This document shows, piece by piece, positions 23,246-32,439 of a DNA stretch of 64,000 nucleotides. A model generated the notes under the pieces. The model was not told the origin of the DNA. It made no database searches and saw nothing but the letters and a program-made list of their open reading frames with translations. The DNA is from Hemiscyllium ocellatum. Its lineage: Eukaryota. The stretch covers positions 16,044,789-16,108,788 of the forward strand of contig NC_083409.1 of assembly GCF_020745735.1 (NCBI RefSeq), written 5' to 3'. Numbering within the stretch: the first letter of the stretch is position 1; each line of letters begins with the position of its first letter. The position numbers and the translations under genes were made by a program.

Positions 23246-25953
23246 TAAAGACTTCTGGAGAGTTTCCCCAAAACCCTGGAACACTGAACCCACTGGACTG
23301 TGAGCCCTGCTGGAGCTGTTTGTCATCAGAACTTTGCCAAGAGACAAACAAAGAGTGGAGAGAGTGTGCATCCATGTGGGAATTTCAGAATGTTTCCCAG
23401 CTCCTGGAATACCATGAGTACAGGAAGTGAAGTCTGTGACAGCAGTTAGAGCTCTGGGTTTTGGAGCTTGAGCAGCAGCTGGTGTCAGTGCGGAGCGTCT
23501 GTGAGGCTGAGAGCTCCGTGGAGAGCACGTTTCTAGATGTGGTAACTCTGCAGCCTCAGAGTATGCAGGGAGAGAGGGAATGGGGGAGCAGCAGACAGTC
23601 CAAAAGGATCAGGCAGCTAGTATAGGAGTCCCCAGGCATCCCACTCTCCAACCAGGATACAGTTCAGAATCCTGATGAGAATGATGGTTCATCTGGGGAG
23701 TGCAGCCAGAGCCAAGTCCCTGGCATCACTGGTGACTCAGCTATAATGGGGGGTTGCCGGGGCGGTGGTGGGGGTGGGGGGGGGGGTGGGGGGAGGGGGG
23801 GTGAGGGGTGGTGGGGTGGTGGGGTGGTATTAGCAAGACTGGAAGAGTGATCGTAAAAGGAGATTTGAGACTGAGGGCATCGATAGGTGTTTCTGCAGCT
23901 GCAGATGGGAATCCAGGATGGTGTGTTGTCTCCCTGGTGCCAGAGTGAAGGATGTCACTGAGCGACTGCAGAGCACCCTGAGGGGAGAGGGGGAATAGGC
24001 AGCAGTCGTGGTCCACATCGGTCCCAGTGACAGAGGGAGAAAAGGGATGTAGTCCTGCAGTCAGAATTTAGGGAGCTCAGAAGGGAAATAACATCAGGAA
24101 CTCAAAAGTAGGAATCTTCAGGTTACTCCCAGTGCCCCAGGCAAGTGACAAGAGGAGCAGGAGGATAACACAAGTGACTGTGGGGCTGGGAAGAGGATCC
24201 AGGAGGGAGGGTTTTAGATTCTTGTGACATCGGGACTGGGTCTGGGGTAATGGGACCTGGATAGACCAGACAGCGTTGCTCCTGAACAGAGCTGGCACTG
24301 AGCTCCAATGAGGTGATCTACTCGTGCTGTTGGAGAGGGTTTAAACTAACTTGGCAGAGCTGTGGGAGTCAGGAGGGACTGTCAGAGAGGAACACCAAGG
24401 TCCACAGAATCATCAGTGCAGTCAATAAGTCACCACCCAATGGGAAGGATTTAGAGGAATACATTTGCAAGGAATTTACAGTGACCTGCAAATATAATAG
24501 TCATTACAAATGGGGTTGGGGGGGGGGGTGGAATTTCTTTAATTTCTGAATATAGACTGGGGTAGTAGCAGTGTGAAGGACAGAGGGGCCAGAGTCGTGA
24601 GAGTGTGTTCATGTGAATTTTCTCCAGCTGCATGTTTCCAGTCCAATGAGAAAGGAGGCTCTGCTAGATCTGGATCTTGGAAATGAGGAGGCCCAAGTGG
24701 ATCACGTGTCAGTGAGAGGACACTTAAGGAAGAGTGATCATTGTATCACAAAGTTGAGGGTGACGGTAGAAAAGAACAAAGGCCTTTTCAGGGTAAAACA
24801 TCTTCACTGGGGAAAATGCCAGCTTCTATAAGATATGGATGTCTCAGATCTGAATAAAGTTGGATCAAAGGTTGGCAGGAAAGTCCTGAAAAGAATAGTA
24901 GAGAATGTGGACCAGGTATATTCGAGATACATTTGAAGGAGGGCAAACAATTCCTGAACTTACTCAAGGGCAAAAGTGGTAGAATTATGGTAAATAAGAA
25001 AAGGGCAAAAGAGTAACTAGAGAGAGAATAGGGCCCCATGAAGATGAACAATGTACCTCTGGGTGGATCCACAGGAAATGGTTTAGGTCTTAAATGAATA
25101 TTCCAGGTCAGTATTTATCATGGAGAAAGACATGGAAATTTGGGAACTTGGGAAATAAATAGTAATGTCTTGACACAAGTCCACATTATAGAAGAAGATT
25201 TCTTAAAGTGCAAGACGGTAGATAAATCTCCAGGACCTGATCAGGTGTATCCCAGGACATTGTGGAAAGCTAGGAAAGAGATGGCTGGATCCCTTGCTGA
25301 GGTATGTTTCTGATTGACAGCCATGAGTGAGGTTCTGGAGAACCAGAGAGGTTGGCTAATGTTAGCCATTATTTAAGAAAGGCTGTAAGGAAAAGCCAGG
25401 GAAATCTAATCCAGTGAGCCTGAAGTCATTGCTGGGTAAGTTATTGGAGTGAGTTCTGAGGGACAGGATTTACATGCATTTGGACAAACAATGCAGTTTT
25501 GTGCATGGTAATCATGTCTCACTAACGTGATTGAGATTGTTTGAAGAGAAGATTGATGTAGGCAAAACAGTACACACTGTCTATATAGACTTCAGCAAAG
25601 CATTTGACAAGGTTCCACATGATAGACTGATTAGTAAGATTAGGCCACATGGGATCCAGGGGGAGCTAGCCATTTGGGTAAAAAAAAATGACTTCAAGAT
25701 AGGAGACAGAGAATGGTGGTAAGTGGTTGCTTTTCAGACTGGAGATCAGATGTCAGCTGTGTGCCACAAGGATTGGTGCTGGGTCCTTGGCTTTTTATCA
25801 TTTAAATAAATGATTTGGATGTGAATATAGGAATTATGGCGAGTTTGTAAATGCCACCAAAATTGGTGGTACAGTGGATAGTGAAGAAGCTTATCTGAGA
25901 GTACAGTGGGACCTTGATCATTTGGGGAAATGGGCAGAAGTGTGGCAAATGGA

Positions 25954-26165
25954 CAAAAGTGCAGACTGCAGATGCTGGAAACCAGAGTTTAGATCAGACT
26001 GGTGCTGGAAAAGCACAGCATGTCAGGCAGCATCCGAGGAGCAGAAAAATCGACTTTTCGGCTAGAGGAATACTGATGAAGGGCTTTTGCCCGAAACATC
26101 GATTTTCCTGCTCCTTGGATGTTGCCTGACCTGCTGTGCTTTTCCAGCACCACTCTGATCTAAAC
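25954..26165 (+). mobile_element. 212-bp fold-back Penelope terminal-repeat insertion with hammerhead core (26073-26100) and 14-bp TSD
   Basis: Arms ~25987-26062 and ~26089-26165 are reverse complements. Core CTGATGA-A-GGGC-TTTT-GCCC-GAAA-C-ATC. Flanks GTGTGGCAAATGGA (25940-25953) and GTGTGACAAATGGA (26166-26179). Confidence 0.85.
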
Positions 26166-26287
26166 GTGTGACAAATGGAGTTCAATTTAGATAAATGTGA
26201 GATGTTGCATTTTGGAAAGTCAAACCAGGGCAGGAGTTATACTGTTAATGGTGGGGCCCTGTGGGGTGTTGCTCAACAAAGTGACCT

Positions 26288-26363
26288 CAGGGTGCAGGGG
26301 CAGGGGCAGGTGCAGGGTGCAGGGGCAGGGGCAGGGGCAGTGGCAGGGGCAGGGGCAGGGGCA
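26288..26363 (+). repeat. (GGGGCA)n hexamer expansion inside CR1
   Basis: Seen directly. Encodes the QGQG/AGAG runs in the ORF track. Confidence 0.9.
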
Positions 26364-27264
26364 TTATTCCTTGACAGTGAAGTCACAGGGAGACAGGGAG
26401 ATGAAGAAGGTGTTGGGTACACTTGCCTTTATTGGTCACTGCACTAAGTATCAGAGTTGGGACATCATTAACAGCTGTACAGGAAATTGGTGAGGCTATT
26501 TTGGGAATAACGTGGACAATTCTGATCATCCTGTGATAGGAAGGATGCTGTTAAACTTAAAATTCTGCAGAAAAGATTTACATGGATGTTGCCTGGAACT
26601 GGAGGGTTTGAACTGTCGGAAGAGGTTATTTTTCCTGCAGGATCGGAGACTGAGGGGTGGCCTTATAGATGTTTATAAAATCTTGACAGGCATGGACAGG
26701 GTGTATATCCCAGGTCTTTGCCTTGGGAAAGGGAATGTAAAACTAGAGGGTATAGGTTTAAGATGAGAGGCAAAAGATCCAAAAGGGACCTAAGGGGTAA
26801 CTTGTCACACAGAGGGTGGTGCGTGTCCAGATCGAGCTGTCAGAGAAAGTGCTGGAGACGGATACAATTATAACATTTAAAAGATGTTTGGATGGGTACA
26901 TGAATAGGAAGGGTTTAGAGGGATGTGGGCTAAATGCTGGCAAATGGGATGAGGTCAGTTTTGGATATCTAGTTAGCATGGAGGAGTTAGACTGAAAGAT
27001 CTGTTTCCACGCTGTCTGACTCTGTGAACATTAGTGGCTGGAAGAGCTGAGATCTTTTACCCTGAAGTGCCGGAGGCTGAGGAGTGACCTTACAGAGGTT
27101 TATAAAATCATGAGGGACATAAATAATGTGAATAATGCAGGAAGGAGGTGAATGTTTTGTAGAGCTGGTAAACATATGCACAAAGATCATTCCAGGGATG
27201 AGGAATATCAGTTCTGAAGATAGATTGGAGAATTTGGGACTGTCTTCTTTGGAGAAAGTTACAG

Positions 27265-27450
27265 ATCACACAACATCAGGTTATAGTCCAACAGGTTGAT
27301 GTGGAAGCACTAGCTTTTGGAGCGCCGCTGACAATCATTTGATGAAGGAGGGATGCTCCGAAAGCTGGTGCTTCCAAATAAACCCCCTGTTGGACTATAA
27401 CCTGGTGTTGTGTGATTTTTAACTTTGTCCACCCCAGTCCAACACCGGCA
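27265..27450 (+). mobile_element. Fold-back terminal-repeat fragment of a third Penelope-like family with decayed hammerhead core
   Basis: atcacacaacatcaggttatagtccaacagg pairs with cctgttggactataacctggtgttgtgtgat. Centre reads TTGATGA-A-GGAG-GGATG-CTCC-GAAA-GCTG (27339-27367). Relatives at ~15065-15140(+) and ~35450-35530(-). Confidence 0.7.
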
Positions 27451-27909
27451 CCTCCAAGTCTTTGGAGAAGGCAGCGAGGAGAATTGTTCCAGAAATTCAA
27501 AATCAGGAGGGGCCTGGAACAGAGTAAATTGGGAGAAAATGATTCCACTTGTGAAAGGATTGAGACTGTGAGGCCACAGATTGAAAGTAATTGGAAAAGT
27601 AAGAAAAGTGAGATGAGGGAAAACATTTTCAGCCAGTGGGTGGTTAAGGTGTGGAATGCACTGCCTGAGAGTGTGGTGGAGGCAGCTTCAATTAAAACAT
27701 TCCGAAGGGAATGAGACTGTTATCTGAAAAGGAACAATGTGCAGGGTGACAGGGAGAAGGCAGGAGAATGACACTCAGTCAATTGCTCATTCGGAGAGCT
27801 AGTCCAGACAGGATGGACGGAATGGCCTTCTTGTGCACTGTAACAATTCTGTGATTGTGTGATTGAGCAGAGTTAAAGCTGGGGGAGGTGGGAGCTCGGT
27901 GTCTCACTG

Positions 27910-27941
<32 letters not shown>
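27910..27941 (+). repeat. (CTG)~10 microsatellite
   Basis: gctgctgctgctgctgctgctgctgctgct. Produces the poly-Leu of ORF 27888..28118. Confidence 0.95.
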
Positions 27942-28316
27942 AGGTCAGTGAGATCAGAGACTGGGACAGGGAGCCAGAGCTCACATCAAACTCTGCCCCG
28001 TGTCCGTCACACTGAGACTGGCAGGAGGCTACTCACTGATTTCACTCCATGCTGCAGGAATGGGACCACAGGCTGCAAATGGGCAGAGCTCCTCCACACG
28101 GTGAGTAAAACTTACTGACTTATATCTTGCTTTTTTTAAAGAGGGCATGAAAGTAAAGAAATACAGCTGGACACCCTGTTCGACACAGTGCTCCTCAATC
28201 AACCATTTCATTCACTGCAGCTTCCCACTAACACCTTCAACAAATCAGCAACTGTATTTTAGAAAGTGTGTTTCAGTATTTACAGGGTTAGTAACAGAGG
28301 ATTGAGGTTTACTTAC

Positions 28317-28351
28317 TCAGTCTGAGCTTGGTTCCTTTACCGAACGTAAGA
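28317..28351 (-). CDS. IGKJ: Ig kappa-type J segment (LTFGKGTKLRL), unrearranged
   Basis: T CTT ACG TTC GGT AAA GGA ACC AAG CTC AGA CTG A|GTAAGT: FGXG motif, canonical donor and an adjacent 23-RSS. Confidence 0.97.
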
Positions 28352-28390
28352 CACAGTGAGAGCTCCCAGTGCAGAGGCTGTACAAAAACC
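28352..28390 (+). other. 23-bp-spacer RSS of J (consensus heptamer and nonamer)
   Basis: CACAGTG 28352-28358, 23-nt spacer 28359-28381, ACAAAAACC 28382-28390. Confidence 0.98.
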
Positions 28391-28818
28391 TCAGCTCTCT
28401 GCTTTCCTCTTATCACTGTCAACCTCTCTCTGTCTCTGTGTGTCTATCGCTCACTCTCACCCTCTCCCTGCCCCTCTCTGTCTCTCCCTCATTCATGTGT
28501 CTTTCTCTCTCTGTCTCTCTGGGTTGTTTCCAGCTGGGCTCGGGAGGTTTGTGAAATTTATTTTTCAATGTTAAATCTTGAGGCAGCTCTTCACATGTGG
28601 CCATGGAGTGTAAGAGAGAAACTAGAGGCCTTCAGTGAGCGTTGAGACACCACAGGGACTGGAGTGTGCCGTGGACAGTGGAAATCCCAGTTTGGGGTAA
28701 TTTGATCAGTTTCATTCAGATCTAACTGGATATATCTAACTGGACTGTGTGTTCATTATTATACATTTTATGTAACTGTGCGATGTGTCAGTCCAGGAGG
28801 TGGTGTTGTGCGTGTTGA

Positions 28819-28846
28819 GGTTTTTGTATGGCTCTGTGTCACTGTG
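28819..28846 (-). other. 12-bp-spacer RSS of V1 (consensus)
   Basis: Minus strand: CACAGTG (28846-28840), spacer ACACAGAGCCAT, ACAAAAACC (28827-28819). 12-V/23-J polarity is the kappa configuration. Confidence 0.98.
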
Positions 28847-29145
28847 TCGAGGGTAGCTGTAATACTGCTGACAGTAATAGTCAGCGACATCCTCATTCTG
28901 AACGTTGCTGATTGTCAGGGTGAAACTGGTCCCTGATCCACTGCCGGTGAATCGATCGGAGACTCCTGTGAATCGAGTTGCTGCATTGTAGATCAGGAGA
29001 GAGGGTTTCTGACCTTCTCGCTGCTGGTACCAAGCAAGGTTGCTGCTAATGCTTTGACTGGCCTTACAGGTGATGGTTGCGGTCTGGCCCAGTCCCACTG
29101 ACAGCACCGGGGGAGACTGGGTCATGGTGATGTCCCCACTGATAC
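28847..29145 (-). CDS. IGKV: Ig kappa-type V exon (V1), apparently functional
   Basis: Acceptor ctcAG|GT ATC AGT GGG GAC ATC. Mature sequence [96 protein letters not shown], with Cys23, Trp35 and DYYC intact. Confidence 0.98.
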
Positions 29146-29331
29146 CTGAGGGGTCAGAGAGAAACACAGTGAAGTCAGAACTGTCACAGAAAGAGCCTGT
29201 CAAATGAGAGATTGTTGGAGACACTGAGCATTCCTCTGGTTTCAGCATTTTCCCTTCAATCACAAGTCAGTGGAATTGGAGTGAAATGGAGAGCAGCTAA
29301 AGATTCAAGGTGGAAGGAGAGAGATTTGTAC

Positions 29332-29380
29332 CTGCGACACAGAATGCCAGGGGCCAGATCAGCTGGATGTGTGAAATCAT
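29332..29380 (-). CDS. IGKV: Leader exon of V1 (MISHIQLIWPLAFCVA-G)
   Basis: ATG at 29380 in accATG context, 49-nt exon, GTAC donor, 186-nt intron 29146-29331, phase 1 matching the V exon. Confidence 0.95.
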
Positions 29381-29440
29381 GGTGTGTGCTCCTGTCCCTG
29401 TGCCTGGTTCCTGATAAACTCTCCCTTCACTGGGCTCTGC

Positions 29441-29538
29441 TTTATAAAGCTGCAGCCTGTGAGAGTCTGACTGGGTGTTCCTCAGTATGTAAATGGCATC
29501 AGGCAGAGAGAGCCACGTCAGCCCCTCACACTTCCTCT
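29441..29538 (-). promoter_or_regulatory. V1 promoter: TATAAA (29446-29441), variant octamer ATTTACAT (29494-29487), CRE-like TGACGTGG (29520-29513), PU.1-type AGAGGAAGTG (29538-29529)
   Basis: Motifs read directly, in the order expected for an Ig V promoter, and conserved in the V2 promoter. Confidence 0.8.
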
Positions 29539-29540
29539 TC

Positions 29541-29572
29541 TCTCTCTCTCTCTCTCTCTCTGTCTGTCTCAG
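29541..29572 (+). repeat. (CT)n microsatellite immediately upstream of the V1 promoter
   Basis: tctctctc run. The counterpart (GA)n at ~62855-62887 has a different length. Confidence 0.9.
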
Positions 29573-29639
29573 AGTCATTGATGTGAGCAACATTGAATGA
29601 GGCCATTTGGCCCATTGTGTCTGTGCTGGTAAACAGCGG

Positions 29640-30620
29640 TCTGATGACACTAATCCCATCCTCCAGCTCTTGGCCCGTTACCCTGGAGGTTACAGCAACA
29701 CAAGGGAATATCTAAACACTGCTCCAATGTCACGAGAGTTTGTGACTCAACCAGCCTTTCAGGCAGTGAGTTCCAGACTCCCACCACCCTCTGGGTGAAA
29801 ACATTTCTTCTCAACTCTCCTCTCACTCTCCAATTCTCCAACTCGCCTGGCCATGGACTCCCTCGTGTTCAGAACGATGAGAGGGGATCTGATTGAAACA
29901 TATAAAATTGTAACAGGGCTGGGCAGGGAGGAGGTTTCCCCTGGTTGGGGAGTCTGGAACCAGGGGACACAGGCTCAGGGGGATAGAGGGTAGACCATTT
30001 AGGACTGAGATGAGGAAACATTTCTTCACTCAGAGGGTGGTCAACCTGTGGAATTCGCTACCACTGAAGGCTGTGGAGGACAAGGAACTGAATATATTCA
30101 AGAAAACAAGAGAGATAATTGTTTTGCATTTTAACAACTTGAAGAGAATGGGGAGAACGCAGGAATATGGCTTTGAGAGAGAGGATCAGCCATAGATCAT
30201 AGAATGCCTACAGTGTGGAAACAGGCCATTTGGCCCGACAAGCCCACACTGACCCTCGAAGAAATTATGACATTCAAAAATTGATACAGCCATGATCATA
30301 CTGAATGACAGAGCAGACTCAAAGGGCCGAATGGCCTACTGCTGCTCCAAGTTTCTACGTGTCCATGTCTGTGTTACCTTCAATCTCTGTACCAGGTTTT
30401 TAAGTCTTTTACTCATGTAAAAAGTGCCATCCTACCTACCCTGTCACTGTTCTGAATAATCTTATCCCTCTCTGTCAGGTCCCTGTTAAGCCTTCACTGC
30501 TCAAAGCTCACATTCAGGCAGCATCCTGGGAAATCTCCCCTGTACCCTCTCAGGTACAATCACATTCTTCCCAGAGTGTGGTGACCAGGACCTGTCCCTC
30601 TCTCTCTCTGACTCACATCT
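29640..30620. mobile_element. Nested CR1 3' fragments shared by both duplicated arms (counterpart ~61940-62810)
   Basis: ORFs 29650..29841(-) and 30010..30195(+) give FFTQRVV..WNSLP. The same sequence is found inverted upstream of V2. Confidence 0.8.
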
Positions 30621-31260
30621 GCCATTTCTTTCTCTCTACCTCTACCTCTCTCTCCCACTGTTAATCTCTTTCATGTTCTCTCTCTCTCTCTCTCTCTCCC
30701 TCTCTCTCTCTCTCACACACACACTCTGTCTCATAGCCACTCTCTCCAACTCACTGATGCTTTCTCACTCCATCTTATCATCTGTTTCTCCATCTCTCAC
30801 TGTCTCTGTTACTCGCTCCCTCTCTCACTTCAATTAAAAGCCTCCAATTGTTATCTGTCACTCTCGATTCCTCCCTCTTTCTCTCTCCTTCCCTCTCGAC
30901 CTCCCAATTTACAGTCTCTCTCCCTCTCTCTCTCTGTCATTATAAATCTACCCATACTCATCTCTCTCCCTCACACTCAATCTTACCCTCCCTCTCAACT
31001 CTCTTCATACTTAGTCTCACACCCATCCTGTCTCTCACTCTCTCTCTCTCCTTGTCTCTTTGTCTCTCTCCATCCCTCTCAGTCACACTGTCTCACATCT
31101 TGTTTCTCTCTCTATCCCTCAGCCTCACCATTTCTACCTCCCTCTAACTCTCTTGGTCCCCTCACATATCTTACACCATATCAGATGCTAGTCTCACTCT
31201 CACTCTCACACTATTTTTCACTCCATCTCTCTCTCTGCCTCACTGCTCTCTCTTTCTGAC
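30600..31260 (+). repeat. CT-rich low-complexity / degenerate microsatellite tract (counterpart GA-rich ~61360-61945)
   Basis: Pyrimidine-rich dinucleotide runs that yield spurious Ser/Leu ORFs. Confidence 0.9.
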
Positions 31261-31640
31261 AGTGTCCTGGGTGGTGACAGTTGAATGCAGGATAAATCTC
31301 CCTCTACTCTGTCCCACTAATGGATGTTAACCCTTGACCCCTGTTTTGTCCTGGAGTAAGGCCCTATTTCCACATTGACCAGGGTTTGGCCTCTCTCAGG
31401 AAGATGGACAGATTCTGGTCAAATGAAGGGCTGTTCTGTGCTGTTGGCCTATTCTCACTGGGGACTCATTTGGACACAAACCTCATTCCATGAAGGCCTA
31501 GCAGAGAGAGGAGATCCTCAGATCATCAGTGTGAGTTGGAGGGACAGGACAGGCTCTGACCACTGACTCATCCTGTCCATTCACAACATGTTCCAATCCC
31601 TTCCCCTCTCCTTCCCCTTCCATGGTCAGTCTTTTCTGAA
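31261..31640. other. Non-repetitive block shared in inverted orientation with 60962-61360
   Basis: Colinear reverse-complement match, e.g. ttgacc/aggg..ggcctctctcag versus ctgagagaggccaaatccaggtcaa. TTCCATGAA (31486-31494) versus TTCATGGAA (61116-61124). Confidence 0.85.
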
Positions 31641-32439
31641 ATGGAGTGTTCCCTTCCCTGTCTCACACCAAGGAGGAGATGAACAGATATTTAATGGGTA
31701 ATGGGTTAAAGGATGATGGAGAGTGAGCAGGAAAGTGGAGTTGAGTCTGAGATGGGATCAGCCATGATTGAATTAAATGGTGGAGTGGGCTCGAGGGGCT
31801 GAATTGCCTGCTCTTGCTCCAAGTTCTTATGTTCCTCCATCCTCTCCCCCATCCCTCTTACTGCAACTTTGTGAACATTCTTGGAATGCTTGGACATTGA
31901 AGGAGTTATGTGAACTCAGGATTTGTGTGGATTTAATGTGGGGACAGAATTGCACACGGGCTGTGATAGCTCCTGTGGGTGAATATCCAACTGGCAGGCT
32001 TCCGCCTTCCATATACAAAATGGGGAAGTGGGGGAAGCCGGAATGTACTGCCGGGGTACACGGCACTGTCCTCTAGCAATGTGGTTGACTCTCTAGTGCC
32101 CTCTGAAATGGCCGAGCAAGGCTCTCAGTTGTATCAATTATGACAATGTTTCAAAACAGAAATGAGACCGGACGGACCACAGGCATCGATCTAAACACCG
32201 AAAAGACAATGACAGAAACAGCCCTGTCTACCCTGCTCCATCCTCCTTACTGACATCTGGGAGCTAGTGCCAAATTCAGGAGAGCTGTCTTACAGATGAC
32301 TCAAGCAACAGCTTGACACAGTCATACTCACAGATTCATACCTTACAGACAATGCCCCAGACACCACCATCACTGTCCCTGCATGTGTCCTGTCCCACCA
32401 GAAAGGCAGACCCAGCAGAGCTGATGACACAGTTGTCTA

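Larger units (their letters stand above)
23330..27030 (+). mobile_element. Composite CR1 LINE remnant (ORF1 esterase region, ORF2 RT, 3' end), interrupted by a Penelope fragment and a GGGGCA expansion
   Basis: ORF1-type tgttgtctccctggtgccagagtgaaggatgtc (23925), VYIDFSKAFDKVPHDRLISK (25531..25722), KWAEVWQM|EFNLDKCEMLHFG split by the insertion, CR1 3' tail at ~26990-27030. Confidence 0.85.
16887..28316 (-). other. J-C intron, 11,430 bp, mostly repeat-derived
   Basis: GTAAGT donor at 28316-28311 and AG acceptor at 16888-16887. Phases are compatible (CTG A|TC CGT). Confidence 0.9.

Noticed and set aside
23747-26363. G-rich tracts (23747-23828 and the GGGGCA run at 26288-26363) in the J-C intron as possible switch-like or R-loop regions
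   Set aside because: Both are expansions inside CR1 remnants, lack AGCT-rich repeats, and the G-rich strand is the template strand for the Ig transcript.
27905-27911. Isolated CACAGTG (gene orientation) ~405 bp into the J-C intron, reminiscent of the mammalian intronic heptamer used for KDE/RS deletion
   Set aside because: About 8 perfect heptamers are expected by chance on both strands of 64 kb. I found no 23-RSS partner downstream of C; the best candidate, 8363-8401, has only a 4/9 nonamer match.
28736-29263. ORF-track proteins starting [12 protein letters not shown] (also 63163..63696) as N-terminally extended V proteins
   Set aside because: They read through the L-V intron and the RSS. 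The true structure is a spliced leader plus V exon.
30848-31147. Ser/Leu-rich or repetitive ORFs over CT/GA tracts (also 61333..61967)
   Set aside because: Translations of microsatellite and low-complexity DNA.
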